A stretch of DNA of 62,863 bases, filler included, from Catajapyx aquilonaris (Eukaryota), in the NCBI GenBank assembly GCA_000934665.2. It is 2 parts of 2 records of this genome, joined end to end, with 100 filler letters (N's around TTAATTAATTAA, not from the genome) between each part and the next. Parts side by side here need not be neighbours in the genome. Positions count along the whole stretch, not along the records: positions 1 to 31,317 come from JYFJ02004542.1; 1 more part is not named here. The stretch is one strand, 5' to 3'. Both the position numbers and the translations under genes were made by a program. Shown piece after piece: positions 13,837 through 26,511 of this stretch. Position 1 is the stretch's first letter. Every line of letters begins with the position of its first letter. Under the pieces are notes generated by a model, which saw nothing but the letters and a program-made list of their open reading frames with translations, ran no database searches and was not told the DNA's origin.

Positions 13837-13965
13837 TGCCCGATTGCATCAACTGAAATAATTACCGATCCGATAGCTCCTAATGGATAATTAGGAGCCC
13901 TTGAACGTGTGCTAACGATCTCATAGGAGATATCGAATCGGTAATTTTGTTGGTGCAATCGGGCA
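13837..13965. mobile_element. PIF/Harbinger-like MITE between the two tRNA genes
   Basis: TIRs TGCCCGATTGCATCAAC / GTTGGTGCAATCGGGCA with further imperfect pairing inside. Flanked by TCA on both sides (3-bp TSD). Confidence 0.65.
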
Positions 13966-14107
13966 TCAGTGGGATTAATTTAATGATACTATGCTTATTT
14001 GTGCAAAAACTACTATAGATAGTGATGGTAGTGGTAGCCTACTCTTGTGCCACGTACTGTATTCATATTGAAAGTTGCTGGCGTGTAAGTGCCTAGCAAG
14101 TGTAAGA

Positions 14108-14179
14108 GGCCTGTTGGTCTAGGGGTATGATTCTCGCTTAGGGTGCGAGAGGTCCCGGGTTCAATTCCCGGACAGGCCC
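14108..14179 (+). tRNA. tRNA-Pro (AGG), second identical copy
   Basis: Same 72-nt sequence as 13673-13744, with a T5 terminator at 14184-14188. Confidence 0.95.
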
Positions 14180-16145
14180 TCAATTTTTGTGACAGAAAAT
14201 GCGGTGAACCTTAACTACCAGTTTACTTTTAGTTTCACACGAGGCAATAAATATTAATAAATAACCACTTTTTAATGAACATAAACAATCGTGAATATAA
14301 TTTTTTTATACAAAGCCATGTAGATATACGTACAGTAACGTGACTTGTTTTGAAAATAATGAAGCTTAAATCGCCAAAATCAACTAGGATACTGTCTTAT
14401 CCGAGACATTAGGAAGAAACATGAATCTGGATGAAATTAAGCACCTTCGTTACCACTCTGCACGTAGTCACTCCGTTTTACAACACTGAATTTTTAAATA
14501 TTGATATTTATATTAGAGGTCCCGATAGAGGTTTATGCAATTTGTGACCATTGATAATTATGCTTTTTGGGTTGAAATAAACTGATTTAGTAATATGTGG
14601 CTGTTTTAATAGTTTGTTAGGATCGATTTTTTTCCAAAATAATATCAAAAATAACGGACCATGCGCTTAAGTATCACGTGTAGAATGAGCATATAAGGTG
14701 AATATGATGTATCTCCAAAACTAGACGTGTTGGAGGAAAACTGAAGCCAGTTTTGGAATCAGCGCCACGAATATACCCAAAAACAGGCCTAACATTCACG
14801 GCATCAAAATATGTGTGTTCCCCAGTTTACGCAGAATATTGTTCTGGCCAGGCATGGAGGCATCCAAACGTCGTCGTAGCACGCCTCAAGAAAATATTTT
14901 CAGTTTATTCTAATGCCTGTTATTATGCAGTGTTATGATTCGACTGTATTGTTCGGACCCCCCCTCCNCTCCCATTCTAATTCATATTACCAACACTGCT
15001 TCAAACCAGAAAGTTGGTACAACCCCTTTTTTGATATGAGCCAATCAGCAAGAGCTTTTCCTCCACCAACAGCTTCCAGTCCATTGTCTTCATCTTTGGC
15101 GTCCCTTTTAGCCGTTGAAACCTGGCAGTGAGAGGTGCCCATATTGCATCTTCGCTAAAGAGACACACCCAACTGTAAGTACCAACGAAACCATCGGCAA
15201 TTAGTGATGCTTCGTGGCATTAGTTATTGATATACCAGTATAGGCCTACATTATATAGGGAATCGTCAGATGCAACAAGTGTGAGGCTTGCACGCCATAC
15301 AAGTAGCTTCAGTCATCCACAGTTAGGCTACTATGAAGTCGAAAGGTGCGCCGCTTCAAACTTTTGTTTCAAATATTGCAAGTAGGGTGCATTATTGTGT
15401 CGATTGTTAGGCATAATCGGTCCAATATTGACAAAAGGAAGGCATTTTTCTTCAGAATCGTGTTTGAGTTTTGAAAGGAATGTAAGCACAAATACACGCA
15501 CAAACACATTCTCCAGTACTGTGCCGGTACCAATTAAAATCCACTTACACTCCTACCACGACCTGACTTAGGATAGCATTTAGTGGTGATTTTTGAAAAC
15601 GCGAAGTTAGCAAGCACGAGTTAGGCCTACATATCCATATACGGTTCAATGAACCGGCAAGCATCTCAGATATGCGAAATATTCTAAAAATAGGTGGCAC
15701 TGACAATGAATGCATCGGTGAAAAAATGGGGTGAACGTCGAACTCAGGCTGCTCGGGAATCCATTGTTCTCTGTGCAGGATACTCAAATATCAACGTGTA
15801 TCACTGAGTAAGTGTTTCAGAGAATCGAGCGTTATAAGTATCATACAAGGAAAGGAAAGAAGGCAGGAAATCCAACGTGCAGAAACCTGACACTTCACGG
15901 CAAAATAATCTGGAAGCTTCCGGAGCAATCGCCACGTGCTTGACATGCTTATCAAAGGTCACTGTGAAATTTTAAACCAGGTGTATGTCTGGGTGGATTA
16001 GTTTGCAAGCATCTAAAGTGCGCCTGTAAAATGACTTCGTACCAGGAGTAATTATTGAAACTATAGCTATTTATCTCTAGTGTCCAATTCTAAGTGCTGA
16101 TATCAAACCCTAATTTCGAAAGTGAAATTTTCTTTTCTTTTCCAG

Positions 16146-17190
16146 ATGTCTAGGTCCCCGGTGGCGACCTTTCGCAACGCAAAGGGACGTGCACTAATAC
16201 TTAGCCAGTCGATGAACAATGATGCGTACAAGGATATTAATCTGATATGTTCCAACGGTATAACTAAAGCCCACCGTCCCGTCATTGGTGAAATGTCAGC
16301 GTGTCTCCGGCAGATGTTGAATGATGATGTCACCACTGACACCATATATCTGCAAGATTATACGAAAGAGTCTGTGGACATGGTCCTTCACCTGATGTAT
16401 GAAGGAGAGGCTGTATGCACCTCTGCTACATTGTGCCAGGAGGCTGAAGAACTTGCCATCCTGCTAGGTATACACAATGTGCAATGTGAAATGACAGCGA
16501 TGGAACATGCTGATACCCAAGATGGCGACCAAGAGAATGAAACCGATCTAGAAGAACTTCAGGATACGACCGAAAGTGAAGCCTCTGATGAAACTGACCA
16601 GGTATGCCTCGTACATGTCCATTGCGGTGCTAGTTGATGACATGTACTCATCCCAGCTTCACTTGCAGAGTGAAGACGATGGAAGAGGAACTCCGGACAG
16701 TGTCTCAACCGTCTCAACATCTGAAACTTCCTGTCCCAGCACTGCTTCAGCCTCGACCCAGACCACTCCTGCTCCAAGCCCTACTCCTGAATCTTCCTCA
16801 TCCACTGCCCCTGCCCCTGCCCCGGGCCCTAGACAGAGGAAGCCCCGCCTTAGGATGTACAGACGACGTCAGAATAAGTACCAGATGGTGGTGGACTTGA
16901 AGCCGGTGCCATTGGGCATGTGCCTGGTGTGCTCACGGGCATTCCGAACAGAGAAGGAATACAGGCGCCATCACCGGATCGAACATCTGGGTGGACCTCC
17001 TGCTATTCACAACTGCGATGTGTGTCAGAAGCAGTTTACAACCAGAGCCGCGTGCCTCCACCACAGGGTGTACCATAACCCGGAAAAAGATCACAAGTGC
17101 AATCATTGCGGTGCAGCCTACCACCACAAGAACACGCTTGACACTCACATGAATAGATGTCCAGGTGTGCCTATAATTGACATCTCATAA
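16146..17190 (+). CDS. BTB/POZ-domain zinc-finger protein, short paralog (~325 aa, 3 fingers)
   Basis: Exons 16146-16601 and 16669-17190. BTB (DINLICSNGITKAHRPVIGEMSACL), acidic and Ser/Thr/Pro linker, then fingers CLVC..H..H, CDVC..H..H and CNHC..H..C. Confidence 0.88.
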
Positions 17191-19223
17191 AGTATATACA
17201 GTAGACTACTGGCCTATTAAAGAGGCTTACACAGATGTTGTCGTTTTTACTGGTTACATGCATTAAGTTTCCTACGACAGCAAGCTCATATTTTACATCT
17301 GCTTGAATTTATGCAGTTACACTTCGCAGAAAGTAAGATTATTAATATTTTGTTCAATAGCTTATGATAATTTAAAGTGCTTAAAAGTGCTCTAAATTGT
17401 TACAGGCTGGCTTTGAGTTTATCGGTGCAAAAATACTGTAGGCTACTCATATCTATAGGCAATGGGCTTCTGCATGTAAGCAATTAGTAGGTAGAGTAGA
17501 TATGGTAGGTCCTTTCTCATCTGGGTGTGATATATGACTACAATTTAATTTTTCTGTGCTGGAAAGATTGCAATACAAAGGTTAAGTTTTAAAACTTCTG
17601 GGTATTGAGCCATGCGTCGGCTCATTATTTTGGTCATTTGGTTTGTCATCTCAAACACACCGGTCGGTATAGAGGATGTTTCTGACATATTTATGTCATT
17701 CGGGAGGCAGTGGCATCTCTGTCATAAACAAGTGTAAAGTGTAGGAATGTGAAAATGCACAGACAACAATCATAGCAATGTTTGACGACGACAAACATTG
17801 CACGAACGCAATTCGCATTTCAAAATGAATGCCCAGACCTATATGGCTTTAGTTTGACTTTTTATTATTTTATTTAAGTTATACCGTATGATGCTTTTGC
17901 TGAACCGAATTTTGGACTTGGCAAAAGTTTGAAATACTAGACAAGTTTCCTTTTCATGCGAGAGAAATACCTTGCTGCTTGGTGATTACAATACTCAATA
18001 AGGCTCTTCGTAGCCATACCACACATTCCCTACGTGAACCAAGTTAGCGATATTTTAATTTTTCTGTTTAACTACTGCCTTTGCAATGCCTGGATTAATA
18101 ACCATATCCGGTACTTTTCCGTTTGCTGATACCCACTATGCATATTTTCTGGAATAGGCCTACCCTTTATTGTTGCTCCATGGAAAATGCAGTCATTGTT
18201 GACATTGTTTATGAAAATATGAAAGGTGGGATTGTTGACTATAACAATGCGTATAGCCCTGTTGCATAAAATATGTATAGTGGGTATATCAGCAAACGGA
18301 ACAGTACCCAATATCCTAATACACATGGTGAATGAATAATTAGCGTGTTAGGCAGGCTTCACGACACCTTGGGAGGTGTGCAGATTTTATGAATACTTTG
18401 GTAAAACTATAAAATGTGATTATGCGTACGAGTATGATAAATTTATGAGTTATTGTAGATGTAGAGCTTGCGTGCAAGCTAAATGGGAAGAATCTCGAAC
18501 AGTTTTTGTAATAGATAATTACTGAAATAACAATAAAGTCTGGTGTGCAAATGTGTGTACTCATTTACATTGTAGATCCCACACTTCTTGTGCATTACAA
18601 TATAAGCCTACTATATAGTGATCCGATAGTTTCACATGTGTACTGTACACATCGTCCTTTGAGTTCCATTTGCAACAATTCATTGTTTTTTTAAATTGTT
18701 TTTATTCTCAGTGACCTACAAATTGCTTTCTTCTTGTCTCCAAATAGGGACAAATTTCAAGCCAGTAATGAGCTCCTCTGTATGTCTCGTAATGGAATAC
18801 GCCAACCACAGTCTTTCAACACGTTCATCAACAGGAAACTCCTGTTGGTAGGTGTCAGGTGTCTGACGTTGTTCCTGAAAGTATTACATGTTTTCATTGC
18901 AAGTTGTAACATTACTTCATGGAAAAACTGCACTTGCACTCTCCACATATAATGATTTACTTGTGTTTTTCTCATGCAGAATAAGCTGAGAATAAGATAT
19001 CTCATGCCTTATTTTACCTGCGGGGCAATAAATATTCAATGCAATACTTCAGTGACGGATTAAAATCCAAATCAATTTTCTCCCCCTATACCAGACAATT
19101 TGCCTAATTTTGTTCGGCCATGTTCCCCCCAACCCCAGATTATCACTTGATACCCTTACCACTCTTGTCAATCTTGTATCCCTTTTTCAAAGAAGAGGAG
19201 GCACCAATTTTAGGCATATTCCG

Positions 19224-21963
19224 TCAATCTCTCAAGTACTTCCAGACATCGATGTAATGGATGCCCCGGTAACTCAGCCATTCCTGAATAGTCCCTTTGG
19301 GGGCGTAGACGAGGTGGTCGAGTAGAAACTTCAATGAAAAAAGAAACGGGCAAACTGTAGTGTAATCTTCCAATGGTCGCAGTTACATGACTTCTTCTGA
19401 AACTGCGTTATACATTCCGATAGGTCATAAAAACTACAATCCCCGTTCCTAATATTATTATCGGTGTAGCTTTCTTGATGATAACCTTTATAGCATCCTG
19501 CCATGAAATTTGGTAGAGTTCATCCTCTGATAGGGACAAGGAAAGCAGGCACAGCTTTTCCTTGAAGTACGGCAGCGTGTAATGGTCGACTTCTGATACA
19601 CATATAAGGTCGTCGAGTGCCTCTCGCACCTCACATATTCCATAGGCCTCCAGATCCAGGACCTCCTGGAACAGCTTCATGTACCTGGAATCACAAGGAT
19701 ATCCACATCGCATATTCTACCACCACCCTGATTACACTGTTAATTAACCAAAAACTTTGCAATCTACATACCAAGCTCTAGGCTGGATGGCGCTGTCCAC
19801 TTCTTTGCCGTAAGAAGTCCGGGCCAGAGCTGCCTTCTTCCTCATGTCCTTCAGAGCCTGCTCGGTGGATTCGCCGCCGGCTTTTATCTCAAGGGCTGTG
19901 CGGAGCATTTATTGGGCGAAAAAAGAGACGCTGAGAAACGTTTCTGTCAAAATGTGAGCCATGCATCGTATAGGCTTACCACGGTATTTTCGCCTGAAGT
20001 TCCTTCCCATATCTCGCATGTGGTGGTCCACTTCTTCCGCCACTTTGCGGGTGATGCTCTCGTCCAGTCCGGTGCAAAGGTTTCGGATATCCTGGAGGAT
20101 GTCAGTGGCTAATATCACTTGGATTTCGGTTGGGATAGGCTCAGGTATCGGAATAATCCTCCAGGGATGGCGTAATTCTTTCGGAAATGTGATATCCAGG
20201 AATTTTTTGTGCGTGATATTATTGGCCATCAATTTTTCTGCTCGCTCTTCTTCCCATGGCTTAATGTCAGGTGACAGCACTTGTAATGTCCTGTGGGAAG
20301 CAGCGCAACTCAAATTACGTGAACCGCTCTGGAAGAATAGGTTGTACTTACTTCTGACCACGATTCATGTGGTAGAGTTTTTCAGCGAAATTTTCTGGGG
20401 TGTCTGATAGATCCCTTTCACTATAATCGAAAGGAACACAAAATATTAATATTTTACATCCTCTGAAAAAGGTTGATCTATACGACTCAGCCTCTATGCA
20501 AGCATATAGGCTGATTAAGCTCCGATGTAGCTACTAAACAACTGCTAACTATAGTAACACCAATAGGAATGTTACAAGCATTACTTTTCCTTCCTCCATT
20601 CCTTCAAAGACTCCTGATTTATGACCACGGATCTCTTGATCGGATTTTGCCTCAGAAACATCACTTGTCTTGATTGCAAAGGGTCCTGTGGGATTTAAAA
20701 AGAATATATGCATGGATAACCTATGAAGATAATGAATCATACAGTGCATCTCATGAAGCGACAAATCTGTTTATTGCAAGAAATGCCATTCTTACTTGTA
20801 ACATTGTCTCATACTCACCGATCTCTTCAAGTAATCTTCGGGCATGTGGATGATACTCTCGATAATGACCTTCATGATCCTAAGGCGATCTCTCACTAGG
20901 CGAATGCTCTTCAACCTTATTCGCCTGGACGAAAAAAATATTAGTTATTCTCACACATCAACCAATAAATTTCATTCTACGTGTATTATGAGACTGTCAC
21001 TGGAAGTGATTTAATGCTTTATTACTGCATTACCTGTATGGCTGTATGACTCCCAGGCCCCATCACGATGAATTCGACCAGTAATAATGAGGTCACATAC
21101 CGTATACTGTAATTTTTCAGTTAGCCAAAGTCATAAAGCCAGCCTTACATCAAGCCCTTGATGTTCTCGCGTGCAATGGAGGATGCCCTACGTTTCTGGG
21201 AGACCTCCAGTTTCTTCTGTTGAACCTGCACATCCTCCTGGAAGTTTTTGACCAAGTGAGCCGGCAAAATCTTGTCCAATATTACAGTATATGACTGCCC
21301 CCCTCTCTGCCCTGAAACGTGGAGTGAAAAGTGTATAAGAACACTATTGTCTTGCACCCATGTCACCACATTTTTTTGTACCGTACTTTTCATAAGTTGC
21401 ATCGTCATCGCCAACATCTCTCTGAGCTGCTTCATGCCCGCGAAATTCGGCGGAAGGCGCTCAGGTACAATCCTGTAACGCTCCGAGCCAGGTGGGGCCA
21501 CGACCAACAATCTTGGGTATTTGGAGTCGATCTTTCGTCCATACCGCTGCCGACAATGATCATGTATTAGCCGCAAAAAAGTTACTTCAATGGACCCTTT
21601 CTGGATATACTTACGGAATCGATTAGGTCTTCTATTTTTTTTAGTTGTTTCGCTTTTGAGATGCGTTTGTCCTAAAGAAAATTAAAAGAGTAAGCACTTT
21701 CTCCAGAATTCGGGGTTTATTAGGCCTATTATTAGGTGCTCATGAGGCTGCATCGCATTTTGGCCAAAATAATTGCATGGGAGACCAACAGTGGGAATAT
21801 TTCTGTGAGTTGCTGGCATGAGCCAAGCGGGTCACAAAAGAGAATGGATGGAATTTTCGTCCCACTGCTGTAGTTACTGTTCACTTAGAAGTACCTAGCA
21901 GTGCAGTGGGACGAAAATTCCATCCAGTTACAATAAGGATTTGAAGCAATATTTACTTACCAT
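19224..21963 (-). CDS. Uncharacterised multi-exon protein (~490 aa)
   Basis: Ten segments (21963-21961, 21671-21615, 21546-21149, 20924-20819, 20685-20585, 20420-20352, 20290-19980, 19895-19772, 19684-19486, 19328-19224) join with consistent phases into one ORF MDKRISKAKQLKK...IHYIDVWKYLRD*. No domain recognised. The last intron has weak splice sites. Confidence 0.7.
21845..21926. mobile_element. 82-bp hairpin MITE (Harbinger-like family)
   Basis: Perfect 24-bp inverted repeat TGGATGGAATTTTCGTCCCACTGC. Related ends occur near 22488 and at 47983/48476. Confidence 0.65.
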
Positions 21964-24900
21964 TTTCTTTTTATTATATGAAAGCGCTCCTTAAAAATAA
22001 CGTTCGCTTCCTGCAAAATCAGGCCGAACACTGAAGTGTCTGAGTAACCACGGTGACGTTGTTGTCGCTGTAAAAAATGCCAATGACAAAAAAAAAAACG
22101 CGCGGCAAACGGCGCCATATTTATTATTTATATTTATTATTGCAAATAATTAATAATAATTGGCGGGGCAGACGTTTGCCGCTTGAGGCTGCCGCAAAAT
22201 CTTTTTGTGTTTTGGCCTTTAGGGGGGACATTGAACTATTTGTTGAAATGTGGTTGAAACTGTCTCTGTTGTGATTGGCCAGAACAGTCAATTACGTCAA
22301 TGGGTATGCAAGTTAGGCTGAAAGTGCCACATTTCTAATGCACGGAAAACGAGAGAACGATCTGACGTCATCGTTTCTTCCATTGTTTCTTTTTGTTGGC
22401 ACTGTTTACTCATATTTAGTTCTGTGATGGTATTTCCATGGAAACCTTGATGACGTCAGACCATGGCCAGTTTTTTCCAGCAATATTGGGTGGAACTTTC
22501 GTCCCACTGCTAGTTACTTTTAAAGGAAAATTGATAAGGGGGGCACTCAGCAGTGAGCTCTTCATCCCCCCCAGAAATAAATGATGTGAAAGAAATTGTA
22601 CCAAAATGAATTAATACAAGTTACAGTGTCCATAAGAGAGTCTCAGCCTCAGCTCCAAGAAAACAGAAAGAAAACCCATTAAAACCCAGAAATTAGGGCA
22701 TATTAGAGCAACAGGTTGATTCCATATCGACAAACCAGCGCTGTAATGGTCTTAACGGTCAGTTACAAGGGTGGTAAGAAACCGGGGTTAAGTTACTCTA
22801 TTCACATAAATATTCACTTACTTTCTATAAGAGTTATAAGCACTTATGATAATGCATCGAGTAATGCACGCTATTACGATAATGAAAGTGTAGGCCGAGG
22901 TTAACAACTGCATTATTGGCGGCCAAGGTCAAGCTGAGACATAGTCACTTGCCTGTAATTACTCTATGTGCCGCTATGTGCACACTTTTGAATTGACCTT
23001 GAGCAGTTGTTTCCCTCCACCACCACCTATCCTAGTCTATAGCCAGCAATAGGATGAAATATTTAGCCCAGGTCGGGGATGAGACACACTCCAGCATAAT
23101 CTCAGGATCAAACCTTGCAGGCTTTCGGAGGAGTGCATTTTTCTCACGTACATAACGGACGACTATTTGGGTGCCATATTTGGTAATCAATTGGAACTTA
23201 TTCCGTTGTATTAGAGAGAGTGCATAACGAACCCATCCCATGCTGATGAGACGTTTTCGAGCGAATGTTTACCATATGACACGATCATACGTATTACAGT
23301 CATTAACACTTGTGCGGGCGCATACCATGTCAGGCGCCATAAAAGGCGCCAAAGTTATCAGCCCAGCCGAGACTAGACGAGCAACGGACTCGGACGATCT
23401 GGCAACGCCCCCGTCTGTCTCGTGGCCTGGCTTATCTCATTACTCGGCACTTGGCAGGACAAGGTCTAACCGGTCTAACACACAACACAGTTGGAGACTA
23501 GTCTCCGGATGTGAATGGTCGCGTTGTGCTACAGTGTGCGTACCATGCATTTACTGTGAACAACGTGACTCTGTCATACCACCTTGATGTGACTGAGAGT
23601 TTGACGGTGCCTCCCGAAGTTTGCGAATCTATATCCACGCTGTCATAAGTGAGTACCGGTATGTCAAGTAGCGTTTCTGAACTGCACATATAGGATAGTG
23701 AATTTATTTGACGGGAAGGGTATGTGCTTCATAAATGAACCAATATGCTCATAACGATCGCATTTAGGGCACATAGTATAGGAGTTTGTACTGAGCAAAA
23801 CATGTTGAAGCTTGTCAGGATCGGATGTAGGGCGGACGTGCTTCCTATTCAGGGAGTGATTAGAATGCAGGATAATTTAGTAGGGGTACATACAATATAG
23901 GCAGCCTGTACTCTTACATGTGTCATTATAGGAGGCGCCGTGCAAATTAGTGACGCGACCGTAACAATGCTTATAAATGGCCAATTTATTCAATCCTGAC
24001 TATATCACCCAGATAATCCCTCCCACTTTTATAGTCGTCTGATTCGCTGGAAGACCTGGGGATTTTTCACTTTATTTAAATTCCAGCTAGCAGGTGTACA
24101 TTTCTCAGAAGCTGCAGGACAAGTGCAACAATTATACGCCAGAGTGCATTAGTAGCTGACCCTGAGCAAGGCAAGGGGTCGAAAACCGACTAGATTGACC
24201 AGGAGGTGAGCATGAATTTACACTATGATGCCAACCTTCAAATGTATAGAATTTCAGTTTTCTAATACAAAAGGCGGGAAATGTTCGATTTTCGTGCCCA
24301 TTAAAAGCCTCCGTGTATTTACTTTTTTTGTGAGGCTGCAAAGAGCATGCTATTAATTATTTATTTATTGACAATTTTTGACTGACATTATTATTAGTGC
24401 TGCGATTCATTCCAAGTGCTGCTAATATATTGCAACTGACCCCCACATTGTATGGTGCCAAAAGAGGCCGTGGCTACTATTATTGTGCTTCAGAGACACC
24501 ATGTTGTAAAGAAGATCGTAAAATTATTTACGTTTCAACCCTATTCAAACCAGGCGGGGTCACTCAGGAAGTCATCATGTTGTCGCTTCCATAAATCCAT
24601 AATAGAGACTTCAAAATATCAGTGCCAATAAAGGACTCATAAAGTAGGAGATAACTGGTTTTTTAAGGGACTCAAAGGAGGAATGCAGAAAAGAAACACA
24701 TTTAATGACAATCGTTTCTGTTTATTAGTTAACTCATACTCATCAGTCTGACACACTTTAAAAACACAGTGAATATTTCAGAGGGGGAAAAGCGCATAGT
24801 TGAGTGTTGCCGTGCGTTCACAATTCCATGTGGTCGAAATCTAACTTAATATATTGCGGCGTTACTAACTAATTAATTTACTCTCAACTTCCTGGGGAAA

Positions 24901-25849
24901 TAACTGGTGCGGCTATCATACTTGAACTAGTACACAGTGGATCTTCAACTGACTTGACTCCGATATTCGGAGAGCGCTCATAAATTATATGCAGAGTTTT
25001 AGTGTAACATGTGCATATCTAGAGGTATGTGTTGAGCCTACTTAATTATCACAGGTTATATTATATAGGAACATGAGACATTGAAATTCACGAGCAAGTG
25101 ATCTTCGTCCGTCACTTTTAAAGTACGTAGGTCGTCTGCTCTTTCCTGGTTCTCAGAAGCAATGGATTAAACTGATTGAAGCCGCTTATATTGCGTTACT
25201 ACTTAACTGAAATATTATCTCAGTCATAACCTTTATTTTTTACCACTACAATGTTGTAGTGTGGCCAGCAGATGATATAGCCTGACCTATATGTGCTCAT
25301 TATTTCGCCAGGCATATGCAGGTTATGTTTGACAACGAAAATTTGACATGACAATGGATGCGACCTTAGTGATAAAACACACAGTTCATCGAGAGTGTTC
25401 TACCGGCGATCTATTTTGCACGGTGTCACACATACTCATTTTGAAAGACCTCTGTAACTGAGAGAAGGAAGTTACTATTTATATTCTTACTTCCTGTATC
25501 GAAGGACATGAGCTCCAAGTTGAGGCCCAGCGATATAGTCTTGGAATGTGACTGTCTATGCACAGTGTGAAGTGTTTCACAGGCGACAATATTATTGCCG
25601 ACACGTGTTCGTGTATTTGGAGCTCCAAGTTACTTATAGTGGTTTTATACTACAGGGTTACATCTTGTTTTAAAAGCTGTAACTGCCGGGGCCCTTTTCC
25701 GTGGTAAGAAGAATCGACAAGAATCTAGCATACTAATTTTGAAAGGGTAATGTTAGGAAGTCAGCTTTGTGTAATTCTATAGGGAAGACGTGGGGAAATA
25801 TTAAAGAAATTTTATGCAAATTAAGCAATTCGTTAATAGCACACTGTAC

Positions 25850-26131
25850 CGAAGCAGGTTGGTGTAGTGGATATGGAGTCCGCCTGCTAATCGGGAGGTC
25901 CTGGGTTCGAGGTTCGAATCCCGGTGCCGGCAACTCTGACCGTGGTTTTCTGTGGTTTCCCACGGTTTCTCCAGGTGAATACCGGAGTTGTTTCCTAGTT
26001 AATAGGCCACAGCCGCTTCCTTCCATCCCTATCCCGTCCCAAAAAGCGAAATAAAGTTTACAAGAGTTCCAGCCAAAAAAACAAATCTCCCCCCTAAAAA
26101 GCCAGAACGGCTTCAATGGGGTATGATATTA
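25850..26131 (+). mobile_element. tRNA-derived SINE with 16-bp target-site duplication
   Basis: A-box TGGTGTAGTGG, B-box GGTTCGAATCC and a GGTTTTCTGTGGTTTCCC...GGCCACAGCCGCTTCCTTCC body. Exact TSD TAATAGCACACTGTAC at 25834-25849 and 26132-26147. Confidence 0.85.
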
Positions 26132-26511
26132 TAATAGCACACTGTACGAGTACTATCTTTACCAGTTGAGCAAAATATTATCCATAAATTGATTTTTGGT
26201 TGACAGAAATTGGGCTATTTTTCCTCTCACTATGATCAGTCAGATTTAGGCCGCATAGTTTCTTCAAAACTCCTAGTTTATGCATACTATGTTTTGGCGA
26301 GTACTGTACATGAAAATTATGTTGAGGTTTAAATGGTTGTAAGAAAAGATTTTGAAGTTTTATCTCCTGAAAAGAGCATCTAACTGCCATTAGAATATTC
26401 TTTGGTTGGTGCACCACGTCTTTGAAAGGGGATGCCAATTTCAAATTTGTTTCCTTCGGTGCTGGCGTTTGGTACGGTAGTACGTTTTGATTGGTCCCCC
26501 AAGAATTTGCA

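Noticed and set aside
23032..23689. Minus-strand short ORFs with splice-like sites
   Set aside because: No phase-consistent spliced ORF could be built and no motif was recognised. A non-coding transcript cannot be excluded.
25850..25932. tRNA-like sequence (also 48290-48370 on the minus strand)
   Set aside because: No proper cloverleaf, and it continues into a SINE body flanked by a TSD.
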